Assembly: GCF_963921235.1 (NCBI RefSeq) | Contig: NC_086118.1 | Coordinates: 20,586,001-20,650,000 of the forward strand | DNA length: 64,000 bases | Source: Mobula hypostoma | Taxonomy: Eukaryota | Direction of reading: 5' to 3' | In this document: piece after piece, positions 1 through 11,220 of the stretch | How positions within the stretch are numbered: the first letter of the stretch is position 1 | How the letters are laid out: the number at the start of each line of letters is the position of its first letter | Made by a program: the position numbers and the translations under genes | Notes under the pieces: model-generated | Databases searched by the model: none | Seen by the model: only the letters and a program-made list of their open reading frames with translations | Told to the model about the DNA's origin: nothing

Positions 1-146
1 ATTATTCTTTCTATATTCCTTATATAGCTGTCTTTTCTTCAATAATTTTTATGTACATCTTTATTCATCCACGTAGTTGATCCATTGTTTTCATGGCTTC
101 TCCTGACTGTGGGTACAAACATTTCCTGCGCTGCGTATATTATCTC

Positions 147-318
147 TCATCATCGAGCCCTCTGGAGATGTAGTGGGCTAATCAATGAAACATTGAGGAA
201 GGAGGGTGCCCACTTGAAAACCCCTGTGTGTCAACCCTATGGGGCTCCCAGCATCAAGGCAGTCTCAAGCAAGTGCGCAAGACCCGTTGGCACAAGGGAT
301 ATTAACATCTCATCTGTG
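147..318 (+). repeat. Copy of the HERO element 3' end (direct repeat of 4808-4973)
   Basis: Shared blocks tcatcatYgagc..ctctggagatgtagtgggct, gtcaacc, catcaaggcagtctcaagcaagtgc, attaacatct. Confidence 0.85.
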
Positions 319-643
319 CTTTTTCATTTTCATTAACTGGACTTGCCCTGTGACTGCTGTGAAAGGGCAGCTGACGACAAGGGAAAGCCCTTGTGACAGC
401 ATGGAAAGACAGCTGACAGGAGGGAGTAGACTCCTACAAGGCTGTCATGGGCTAGCTACCCATGGCGGCAGTCCTCGATGCTGTTTCAGCATGTTAGAGA
501 CACCTGTTAATGGCTATGAAGAGGCAATAACGGAAGATACCCCTAGAGCCTGCAAGAGCAGGAGCATGATGTGTCCCATTGACTGGTAACACAGCTACAG
601 ACCTAGGAATGGAATCTACCATGAATAAAGAGAGCACTGCACA

Positions 644-868
644 GGGGAACGGGAACGTCGACTCAGACCATGAGAGGCCTGCGTCGGGCATTTTCATGCT
701 TTACAAGGCACAGATTGGAAGTCTGTGTGGGCGCCACTCCTCGCACAGACTAGAGCAATGTGTGATTAAGTGCCTTGCTCAAGGGCACAAACACGCTGCC
801 ACAGCTGAGGTTCGAACTAGCGACCTTGGGATAACTAGCTGAATGCCTTAACCACTTGGCCATGTGCC
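644..868 (-). mobile_element. tRNA-derived SINE (subtype A tail) inserted in HERO
   Basis: Minus strand starts GGCACATGGCCAAGTGGTTAAGG (A box) then GTTCGAACC (B box); core GTGCCCTTGAGCAAGGCACTTAA; (GTTCCC)n tail; TSD ctgcaca at 637-643 and 869-875. Confidence 0.85.
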
Positions 869-1332
869 CTGCACAAGAGACCTTCAAAACACCAGCATCA
901 GTAGTGGGACACAAGCATTGGGTGTGCATCTGTGGGGGGAGAAAGAAAAGGGGTTGAAGATCCAACAAGGGAGGAAAGGATGCTTGAGAGGGCAGGGACA
1001 GGGGCCTCACATCAACCAGTACTTCTTGCAAAGTCAATCAACTATGTCGAGTGAAGCACAGCGAGCGGACACAAACCAACGTTCGCAGAGCATCAGCACT
1101 CCTGTCACTGGGGAGGTTAGCACAGAAATCCCAGCTGAGGGACCCACCCAACCACCAACACCACCTAAAGAGAGAAAGATCAAAGAGCACAGACCGCTCC
1201 TGAGGTGTCCCAAAACTGATGATTGAAAAAAGCAAACACGAGGAAATCTGCAGATGCTGGAATTTCAAGCAACACACATAAAAATTGCTGGTGAACGCAG
1301 CAGGTCAGGCAGCATCTCTAGGAAGAGGTGCG

Positions 1333-1366
1333 GTCGACGTTTCGGGCCGAGACCCTTCGTCAGGAC
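1333..1366 (-). ncRNA. Minimal type-I hammerhead ribozyme motif (opposite arm of the palindrome)
   Basis: Reverse complement reads GTCCTGACGAAGGGTCTCGGCCCGAAACGTCGAC. Confidence 0.75.
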
Positions 1367-1413
1367 TAACTGAAAGAAGAACTAGTAAGAGTTACTAGCT
1401 CTTCTTTCAGTTC

Positions 1414-1447
1414 GTCCTGACGAAGGGTCTTGGCCCGAAACGTCGAC
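1414..1447 (+). ncRNA. Minimal type-I hammerhead ribozyme motif (Penelope type)
   Basis: GUC-CUGACGA-A-GGGU CUUG GCCC-GAAA-CGUC-GAC: conserved core, stem I GUC/GAC, stem II, vestigial stem III. Predicted cleavage after 1444. Confidence 0.75.
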
Positions 1448-1882
1448 CGCACCTCTTCCTAGAGATGCTGCCTGACCTGCTGCGTTCACCAGCAATTTTT
1501 ATGTGTGTTGATTAAAAAAAGAGTGGGCAACCATCAACAATGACGATGAAAATTTTGGAGCAATTAAAAGGATCAGCAGAAAAGAATTTGGATGCAATGG
1601 GAGACATCATCCACTGCTATGGGGAAGAGAGGCTTGAAGTCAGCACAAGGAGGAATGGAAAGACATCTTCACCACCAATAAAGTCCAGGAGGCAGCAGGA
1701 GATTGAGCGATTGGTTTGAAAAAGGAGACAGCTGAGGAAACAGTGGAAGAAAGTCCCAGATCGTGAGAGGGAAGTCCTCAACCATCTTCAAGTGGACATC
1801 ATGAGCCTGCTGACAAAGTTACAAAGAGCTGAGAATCTAAGAAGCTGTGCAGAAGATAGAATAAACAAGAACACCATTCTCT

Positions 1883-2426
1883 AGTCAGGTTGCACCTGGA
1901 GTACTGTCAACAGTTTTGGGCCCCATATCTCAGAAAGGATGTGTTGTCATTGGAGCGAGTTCAGAGAAGGTTCATGAGGATGATTCCAGGAATGAAAGGG
2001 TTGACATATGAGGAGAATTTGGTAGCTTTGGGCCTGTACTCACTGGAATTTAGAAGAATACATGGGAATCTCATTGAAACCTACTGAATGTTGAAAGGAC
2101 TAGATAGGGTGGATGTGGAGAGGATGTTTCCTGTGATAGGGGTATCCAGAACTAGAGAGCACAGCCTCAAAACTGAGGAGTGGCCCTTTAGAACAGAGGT
2201 AACGAGGAATCTTTTTAGCCAGACAGTAGTAAATCTGTGGAATGCTCTGCCACAGATATAGTAGAGGCCAAGTCTGTGTGTATATTTAAGGCGGAAGCTG
2301 ATCATTTCCTGATTGGTCAGGGCATCACAAGATATGTTGTATGGGGTTGAATAGGATCCGGGATCAGCCATGGAGCAGACACAATGGGCTGAATGGCCTA
2401 ATTCTGCTCCTCTGTCTTGTAGTCTT
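1883..2426 (+). mobile_element. 5'-truncated CR1 LINE 3' end nested in HERO
   Basis: ORF 1890..2087 HLEYCQQFWAP..LERVQRRF..LYSLEFRR; CR1 3' UTR hairpin atgggctgaatggcc. The HERO reading (RTPF|YKDPF) resumes after it. Confidence 0.9.
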
Positions 2427-4989
2427 ATACAAAGACCCTTTTAAATTCATTAAAGGTCTCTTCACACCAGAAAAAAGTGGAACTTCGAAAACGTCAAAGC
2501 AGGAACTGGAAGAGCACCTGGAAAAGATTCACACCAACTTGAAAAGGAAGGAACATATGATCATTCCATCCGACAATTCAGCCCCCCACCTACCACCTGG
2601 ATCTGGACCCTCCAGAATGGAGGGAAGTGGAGAAACCTGTCCGACAAGCAAGAGCATCATCTGCTCCTTGACCTAATGGAGTACCATATAGGCTTTATAA
2701 GAACACACCAGACTTGTTGTGGTATCTCTGGAGGCTCATGAGGGCAGTGTGGCAGAGGAATATAATACCCAAAGCATTGTGAAGGGCTGGCAGTGCCACG
2801 ATTCCAAAAGAAAAGGATGCAGAAAACATTGGTCAGTTTCAACCGATCTGCCTTCTGAACGTCAAGAAGAAAATCTTCTTCACTGTAGTAGCACAAAGGC
2901 TGGCTTGGCTACCTGGAGAGGAACAAGTACATTGATACATCTGTACAGAAAGCAGGAATTCCAGGTTCTCCAGGTGTTTTTGAACATACAAGCAGGATAA
3001 ATGGCACCAGATCCAAGCAGCTCGGAAGGACAAAAGAAATCTCTATGTGATCTTCCTGGACCTTGCTCAATTCCCCATGTACTCCTCTGGGAAGCATTTG
3101 ACTTCTTCCAGATACCAGAGCCCATCACAACACTGGTGAAGTCGTACTTTCAAGACCTGCAATTGTGCTTCACAATGGCAGATTTTACTACAACATGACA
3201 GAGACTGGAAGTAGGCCTTATGGCAGGTTGCAGTATATCACGCCTGGCCTTCACAGTGGCCATGGAGGTCATTATCAGGGCTTCAAGATGGGTGGTAGGT
3301 GGTGAAAGAACAAGTGCTGAAATTTGTCTTCCCTCTATTAGGGTATACTTGATGATATAACAACACTGACCACTACTACAGCATGCACCAAGCCACTACT
3401 TGGAAAGCTGCAGGAAAATATCAAGTGGGCCAGAATGAAAATCAAACCCAACAGCTCACAAAGCATCTCCTTAGTCAAGGGAATGCTGAAAGACATAAAG
3501 TTCTTCATCGGTGATGACCCAATTCCAACAGTGCCGAACAGCCTGTTAAAAGCCTGGGTGGATGGTACAATGCCAGCCTCACAGACAAAGAGTAGGTGCA
3601 GCAACTAAAGCAACACATCGCCAGTGGTCTGGATAACATCGACAAGACAATACTGCCTGGAAAACTGAAGCTCTGGTGTTCACAGCTTGGACTCCTACCC
3701 CGGGTAACGCTGTAACGCTGCATGGACCTTATCAACTGGGTGGAAGTGGACCCCAGCTGATGTGGTGCAGCAAACAACAGCAGCCCTTAGACATTGTGGA
3801 GCAAGTCCAACAGGGCAGGGGCGGCTTTGATCTGGCAGCAAGTGGACCCACCTGGAACAAGGCCACAATTCCTGAGTGAAGGAATATGGTTGTTGAGGAA
3901 GTATGGCGACAAGAAGAGTCAGACAGGAGTGCAGTCTCCCTGGCTAAGCAGGAGCAATTGATGTGGTAGGAAAACATTGAGAGGAGGAAAATCAGCTGGA
4001 AGGGCAGATGGGGGATGGAAGCGAACAGACTTAGCTTTCTCATCAGAGCTACATATGATGTGCTTCCCTCACAAAAACACCTTCACCATTGTTTTGTGAG
4101 GACTCAACTTGTGCCCTGTGCCTGATTCCGGCAACGCTCAAGTATATCCTGGTAAGCTGAAAAACCCGCCTCACACAAGGCAGTTACACGTGGTTTCACA
4201 ACCAGGTCTTGAAGAGTCTGGGAGCGGCAATCGAGACCAAGAGGATAGCAACCAACTCCTTGCCCCTAGAATGCTAACACTGTGACACCAGCATCATTTG
4301 TTCAGGAGGGAGTGAAAAGATCTACTAATCTCCCTCCTAAGCCAACAACAGGACAGATGAACATAGCCCATGATTGGAAAATGCTGGTGGATGTCAATAG
4401 ACAACTCACCTTTCCACCGGAAGTTGCTATAACCAGCCAAAGGCCAGACTTGGTTCTCTGGTCCAATTCATTACAGATTGTCTACATCGTGGAACTTACA
4501 GTCCCGTGGGAGGATTTAGTGGCTGAAGCGTATGAGCACGAGAGACTATGCCATACAAATCTAGCAGCAACAGCACTGGAAAACCAAAGTTTGTCCTGTG
4601 GAAGTGGATTGTAGGGGATTTATAGCTGAAGGAATTAGAAATCCATGGTCAGACTCTATGGCAGACAATCAGAGCCATATCAGAGGTGGCGGAAAGAAGC
4701 AGTCAATAGCTTTGGATCAAGTGAAAAGACCTCTCCTGGGCTCTAAGATAGCATCAAGGGAGTGGGAGGACACAGCCGGGGCAGGGGTGACTCCGGGATG
4801 CCAGAAATCATCATTGAGCACTCTGGAGATGTAGTGGGCTGACTGATGGAACAGCGAGGAAATAGTGTCCCCTTGCAAGACCCTTGCATGTCAACCAGTG
4901 CCACTCCCAACATCAAGGCAGTCTCAAGCAAGTGCTCTCATTGGCACCAGGGACATTAACATCTTATCCTGAGTTCCTTAATGAATTCA

Positions 4990-5780
4990 ATTTACATTCT
5001 GAAGTCTTTGCCACATCTGCACAAACTTTGTCTTTCTAAAATTCAATTTAATGGCTTTGGTTTTTACCGATATACTCTCCCAAAAAGAAAAATTGAGACT
5101 AACAATGTTTTGATCACTTTTTCCATACTCAAAATTATATTCTGATTGTTACAGAACATCAAATCTAGACAAGCCTCCCCTCTTGTTTGTAGGTTAATAT
5201 ACTGTGTTAGAAAACAATCATTCAATAACTCAATGAATTCACTTTCCTGTAATCCATTAGTCACTGGGTTCTCCCACTGAATACTTGGGAAATTAAAATC
5301 TCTCATAATTATAACATCACCTCAGAACTTGCTTTTTAAATATTCTGATAGACTTGTTCAATAAAATCACTATCATCATCAGGGGGTCTATAACACACAC
5401 CCAATGTTATTCCTTTATCCTTATAGTTTTCAATTCTCAACCAGATATCTTCACTTAGTCTTGACTCATCTCCTCTTGTTTAAATGTATAAGCTATTCCT
5501 CCACCTTTATGATCTTGCCTATCTTTCCTAGGCAAGAGTGGCGTCTCACTCAAACTTCCAATCTGTGCCTTGTAAGGCATGAAAATGCCTGACGCAGGCC
5601 TCTCATGGTCTGAGTCGACATTCCCCTCCCTCCCTCCCTCCTCCTAGCTTTCCTAAGTATATCCTTTAATATTATATTCATCACCATCCTTTGAGGTCAG
5701 CCAGATTTCAGTTATTGCTATTGTATCATACTAACATGCATATGATTCCAGCTCATTTATTTTATTTCTAATACTAAGCT
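4990..5780 (-). mobile_element. Old CR1 ORF2 endonuclease fragment
   Basis: ORF 5064..5306 DFNFPSIQW..FLTQY..TRGEACLDL. Boundaries approximate. Confidence 0.75.
5530..5645 (+). mobile_element. Isolated 3' tail of the subtype A SINE or its partner LINE, ending in (CCCT)n
   Basis: Reverse-complement match to ~651-745: cttccaatctgtgccttgtaa..catgaaaatgcc..gcaggcctctcatggtctgagtcgac. Confidence 0.75.
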
Positions 5781-5884
5781 TGTAAGTTTTTGACTGTCAC
5801 AGAATGGCTTACTCATGTCATTGAAACCTCATTTATATCATCACCAGTATGATCTTGCAGATAAAAACAACCTTCTACGTTCTT

Positions 5885-6042
5885 AAAAGTTGCTGGTGAA
5901 CGCAGCAGGCCAGGCAGCATCTCTAGGAAGAGGTGCAGTCGACGTTTCAGGCCGAGACCCTTCGTCAGAGTCCTGACGTTCACCAGCAACTTTTTATGAG
6001 TGTTGCTTGAATTTCCAGCATCTGCAGAATTCCTGTTGTTTG
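5885..6042. mobile_element. Penelope-derived inverted-repeat element carrying a minus-strand hammerhead core
   Basis: Same family as 1233-1510. Perfect 13-bp TSD cttctacgttctt at 5872-5884 and 6043-6055. Confidence 0.85.
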
Positions 6043-6124
6043 CTTCTACGTTCTTGTATATTGTGTAAGGAAGAGGCCATTTAATCCTTTCTAATCTGAT
6101 ACTTAGTTAATTTATGACTTAATA

Positions 6125-6493
6125 TATTTTGGGGTTTCACAACTGGCCATTGTTTGGCACACCAAGGGCTTGGCCTGAGAGCTCCGCTTGCCTTCGGAAG
6201 ACCAAGTTTTCGTGGGTCTGGAGACGGGGGGATTGGAGCTTGGTGTCCGAGCAGAAAACTGGTGTGTTGTGGGAGATGGAAGATCTAAGGCTATGTGCCC
6301 AGAGACCCGAGATCTTTGGGCACAGAGTTCGGAAAAAGTGACACAACAGACTTTTAACATCGTAAACAAGCCAGTTGTTTGTTCTTTGGGAGCACTCCTC
6401 TGTTTTTCATGAATGGTTGTGAGGAAAAAGCATTTCAGGATGTATATTGTATACATTTCTCTGACATCAAATGTGCCTTTGAAACCTTTGAAC
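6125..6493 (+). repeat. Unclassified retroposon 3' region ending in (CTTTGAA)n; second copy at 29223-29665 (-)
   Basis: Shared gatctttgggcacagag..gaaaaagtgac and gcatttc.ggatgtatattgtatacattt blocks. Confidence 0.7.
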
Positions 6494-9189
6494 TGTTCAT
6501 TTTGACATCCAAATGCTAAACTAAAATCTTTCAATTTTTAAAAAAATTTCAGTTGGCTGAATGTTAACAACTTTCAAGATCATCAAAACCCTTCGTGAAG
6601 AATGACATTCCGAACAGGTTATTTCTAATTTTAAGTTATCTTTCCTTGTTCTGAACACTTATAGAACTACTAGCTTCTACCCATTTTTTTGATGATTTTA
6701 AACAATTTGATGAGATCATACATTGTACAAGAAGATAACAATTTCATCATATTCACTGCACTTAATCCTCACAATTTAAGCTTTTTAGCCTCAGCATTTA
6801 GCTTAAAGGCTATAGATACTCCCTCTAAATACGGAGTTGAATGCAACATCCTAAAGAGTCTAAACAAATCTCATTTGTTTCTGAAAAATTTCCAAAGTAG
6901 TGACTTCCGGCTCCCATGAGATAAAATGTCTAAAGGAATGTGCTAAATTAATTTAAGTTAACCACTATTTCTTGAACAGGAATGCACCAAGTTATTATTT
7001 TTTAATTTGTTCATGACCCCTGGCTCATCTACTTTCTACATTTACACTGTTTGGAAAATGCTCTGCCCCAGTGAAACTTGAGACATTTCACTATAACAAT
7101 GGAAATTTATCCATGGTGTTGTAACCCAGCTGTCAATTACTTGAGCTGCTAGAGTCATATGATTCCTATGCTTCAACCATACATATGAATAAGGCCAAAA
7201 AAAAGTGTTCCTCTGGGGCCAAGATGCAAAACCCAGCATCAACAGTCAAACACAATACAGGACACATGTAACACCTAATTATGACAGCAGTAAAACAGTC
7301 ACAAAAAATAATAATAATATAGCCCAAGTCCCTGAGTGTCACAGCCTGTAGGTTAATAGTGCATGGGATGTTAACTTAGAGCCATGTTTTCTGCAAGAAC
7401 ATGCAGCAGTTCCTCATCTTGCACAAGCATTCCAACTAGACTTCCAATGAGTGAACACTAGAGGGCAGCACCAATGGGAGAGTCCAGCTCCCAACTGAGC
7501 ACAGCCGTCTGCCGCGCCACTCTGCCTCCAACATCTTCTAGCCTTGGGCAGGTGCAACTGGTGACCCCACAGTCTGAGAGGTTGGCCTGTGTAACAACCA
7601 AGGCCTTGCAGCTCTCCCGCTGTCAGTCTTCCCAATGAATCAGTTCCCCAGACTTGCAGTATTCTACATTACCAGCATCTGCAGGATCACAACAAAAATG
7701 TCCAAGTCAGTTATTTTCATTGTTTGTTGGACCGCACAGTGCCTTCACACTCCACCTCTGATGCCTTTCTCCTTGGGTTGCCTGTAACAGGCAGGAACAC
7801 GATACACAACAATCCAGCTCTGCCGTATGGAGCAACTTGCTGATGGGGTAGACCTGTAGTACTTGATGTTTTTCATTTTCAGCAGTATCTTGCAATGGTA
7901 AAAATGATGTAAAAACAAATAATTACACCATTGCTTGGACCCAGAGAAGTCGCAGCGACAGAGTGTGCTGCCAGCTTACAAGAAGTTGAGAACTCTAAAT
8001 TGTTATTACATGGAATACTTTTAAGTTACTCATCTGATCTACTTTTTTTATGATAAATTCCCATTGGAATTCTCAGTATTATGTTAAAATTATTTATGTT
8101 CTCAGTCTTCACCATTTCCAAATCTCCATTCAGCCCTGTAAGCAACAATCCCCCACTTCGCACAAATTTGCATTTCTTTGCCTCTGATCTCCTGCTTTGG
8201 AGTCATTCATGAAATCTACACCTTTAACCAAGCTTCAGGTCACCCTGTTCAGCATCTGTTCTGTTCGGCCATTTCAGCGAAGCACTATTGTTCCTCAGCA
8301 CAGTTTGTTTGTGATCTGTAGAGCAACAAAAAAAGTCTCACGATGTAGTGTGAACAATAACTTCAAATGAGCACTTTGATAAATGACTTTTATAAAGGAT
8401 ACATGTAAAAAAATCTTCAACATTTATGAAAGCAAGTGAAGAATAAACAAATTATTTTGTAACACCATCAATAATATAAATGGATAAATGGTTTAGAACC
8501 CATGAGCAAATTTATTAGTTGTATAAGGTGAAATTGTTAAGAAATCATACTTTAAAAATCAATGGAGCTTGTTTCTTTCAGTATCAATATTTGCAAGTTT
8601 TACTTCACCGGTCATTTGATATTTCTTTAAATAAATTTGTGACATTAAAATAGTACAAGTTACTGAGATTTAAGCTTCAGCGAAGATAATGCCTAATATG
8701 AAAACTCCCAATGAAACTTCCGGACCCGGTGAGAAATGCCATGAAAGGTTTACCACAGAATTTCCAAAAGGAGAGTCCAAAATGGGAGGAAAAACTTAAA
8801 TGATACAAAATGTTGCTCATTTGAGTAAACATAGCAACAAATGCATTTAAACATATTTAAAAGAGCAATTTACAGCATGAATTTTAAGATCATTAGCTGA
8901 TTAAACTAGTGAGAATAAAAGTTATTGTGATCTGATTTTTTACCTGCTAGTGTTATCAACGCATTCGTAAGTATGTGGCTAGAACTTGGAATGATTGTGA
9001 ACATAAGTCTATAGATTCATGTTGGCGTTTCAATGCACTACATCCATCTGCCACAAAGCAATTAAAAAAAAGTATCAGGTTCCCCTCCACCATCAGATTT
9101 CTGATTCAAGTACACACTAAATGTTTTGCTTGTGTTCAATGTTGCCGATAATAAAACTGAATAGGTTCCACAGGTAAGCAGAGCCAAAT

Positions 9190-9765
9190 AAAGCAGTAGA
9201 AACGAATAAGATAGAAATGAAAAGTAAAGAAGGTATGCTTAACCTGTAGTGAACCTTGGTGCAACAAAACTTAAGAGTACAGCCTATAATATGGTAACCA
9301 GAAATGTAAACTTAGAGGCAATAGAGAGAGTATACTGATTTGCAAGGAGATACCAAAATGCACAAGCATACATATCAGGTACAGATAAACATGAGATCTC
9401 TTTGCACTTGGGAAAAGAAGGCTGAAGTAATCTAAAAGAGATCTTCAAAATTATTTAAGAGTTGGGTGAAGTTGATTCAAAGTGGATATTTCCATATGGG
9501 AATGACAATAAATAGAGATGATATAACCAACAAGAAACTTAGAAGAAACAGGTTTATGTAAAGAGTGATGAGAATGTTAAAGTCATTGCCAAAGGGGGAA
9601 GCTGAAATGACTAAAGTTGATGTGCTTTAGAAATTTTTGGACAAGCAGAAAAGTTAGAATGGAGTAGTTACCATGATATACAGATGACAAAGGGCAAGAG
9701 GAGATTTAAGTGGTATACCAAAACAGAATTTGTGTGCCAATTTACCCGTCTCAGTGCTGTATTTT
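9190..9765 (+). mobile_element. Highly decayed CR1 3' fragment
   Basis: Degenerate LE.VQRRF, SLEKRRLRGDL and FFTQRVV-like nucleotide motifs. Confidence 0.5.
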
Positions 9766-9965
9766 CAACATCATATAATTTAGAAAGATGTGTATTATAT
9801 TCAAAAGTTTATGAGCCATTTGTTGCTATATACAACACTAATTACTGTAAGTGCTGAAAAGCATGCATTTTGCTATCATTGCCTTTAATGCTTATATTTG
9901 GTGGCTAAATTGCTAAAATGGTAGAAAACTGACTTTGGACAGAAATTCATATCAGTACCTACATC

Positions 9966-9971
9966 TTTATT
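9966..9971 (-). promoter_or_regulatory. Candidate RAB40B polyadenylation signal (AATAAA on minus strand); alternatives at 10825-10830 and 8511-8516
   Basis: tttatt on + strand, downstream of the stop codon in AT-rich sequence. No transcript data. Confidence 0.3.
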
Positions 9972-10295
9972 TCAAATTAATGCAAAATACCTTGTACATT
10001 AAAAAAGTTGCAGTAATGTGTTTTAACTTAAAAGAATTATTTTCACTTTAATTGACACAATTACCTTGTACAGATAATCATGAAAAATATTTCTCCCTTC
10101 AACCAGCAACAGACATCAGAGTGGAAGATGGGATGATTGCGATTTTCCACAACTATTGTCAACATCAATATATTTCCAAAAAACTGACTTCAAGCACACT
10201 TCTGTAGCTGTGACTGATCCTAGCAAACCCTTTCCTCCTGTTTTGGCACTTGATTAAAAACAAATTTTGTCTACTGAGACCATTGAGGCAAAATA

Positions 10296-11220
10296 CAGTG
10301 GATTCTGGTTAATTGAGACACATTGGGACCAGTACATTTTGGCCCAATTAAGCAGCTGCTCCAATTAGCTGAAGTTTCATGGAAATAATTAAAAAGGTAT
10401 AAAAGAGACAAACTACCATTTAACTGAGTAACAAATTATATATTTAAATTAAATGCAGAACAAATTAGAACACTACAGTACTATAAAACTGTATTAGTTC
10501 CTAATTAGTTAAAAGGAATTCATCCAATGTATGCTGCTGTTTTCTTTTGATTGATTGTGAATGAATAAAATCAGTGCAGACAACAAGTACGGACAATGGA
10601 TGGCCTTCAATGCCCTCCTATATGAAGTAGTGTCATAACCCAACAATATATTTGCTGACATTTTGTGTAGTCACTAGCTGAAGTTCAGATGTGTCAACTT
10701 CATCACTTTCCTTGTCTTCAAATTTTATGCCTTAGTGTTTTGACACAATGCTTTCGACAATTACATCCCCCACATCTTAATTTTCATTGTAACTTTCAAG
10801 ATGATTGTTAATTCCTTCAAATTTTTTATTGTTCATAGCTTGTTGAAATAGTGAAATTGTTTCATTTTACTCCCAGCTGTTTCTGGCACCCCCAAGCCTG
10901 AATGCTTGAAACCACAGGGAGAAAAACAGCAAGTCAAAATAATATTGCTTTTTGTCAGCCCAAATGGATAACATAACACAAGCAGGTGCTACTGACACTA
11001 TTTTAAAAACTTCGCCCTCTGCACGGTGTAGTGTCTAACAACCACACAAGTGGATGTGACTGACTCTAGTTAGAAACTATTCAGCAACAGTCTCCTATCC
11101 CAATTAAGCAGCGTAGTGTCCCGAAAAAACAAAATTAATCCAGTCTATTTTCTCTATTCATTTTTGCTTTTTAAGAGTTGTCCCAAATAAATGGCTGCCC
11201 CAATTAGCCGAAATCCACTA
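10296..11220. mobile_element. Tigger/pogo-type non-autonomous DNA transposon
   Basis: TIRs CAGTGGATTCTGGTTAATTG and CAATTAGCCGAAATCCACTA, with flanking TA on both sides. Confidence 0.8.

Larger units (their letters stand above)
1233..1510. mobile_element. Penelope-derived palindromic non-autonomous element
   Basis: Inverted arms 1270-1388 and 1392-1510, nearly perfect, 3-nt loop. Imperfect TSD attRaaaaaag at 1222-1232 and 1511-1521. Confidence 0.85.
335..4973 (+). mobile_element. Decayed near-full-length HERO-clade non-LTR retrotransposon (zinc finger, RT, CCHC, restriction-like endonuclease) with three nested insertions
   Basis: Fragmentary translations: CICG..GLKIQQGRKGC; PNGVPY; IPKEKD..QFQPICLLNV; SVQKAGIPG; SIPHVLLWEAFDFF; GLMAGCSIS; Y(L)DD with frameshift ~3345-3360; TQGSYTWFHNQVL; RPDLVLWS..IVELTVPWED; VEVDCRGF. 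Many stops and frameshifts. Confidence 0.85.

Noticed and set aside
255..310. Twister ribozyme suggested by GTCTCAAGC in the HERO 3' repeat
   Set aside because: No P4 closure, T1 partner or UAA-P2 junction could be assembled.
369..401. Hammerhead in the HERO leader (CTGACGA-CAAGGG AAAG CCCTTG-TGACA)
   Set aside because: The required GAAA after stem II is absent (TGACA) and no stem I/III arrangement was found; kept only as a structured leader.
750..868. tRNA gene (also 35790-35898 and 46555-46629)
   Set aside because: A/B boxes are present, but there is no intact cloverleaf or acceptor stem and each continues into a SINE body; two have TSDs.
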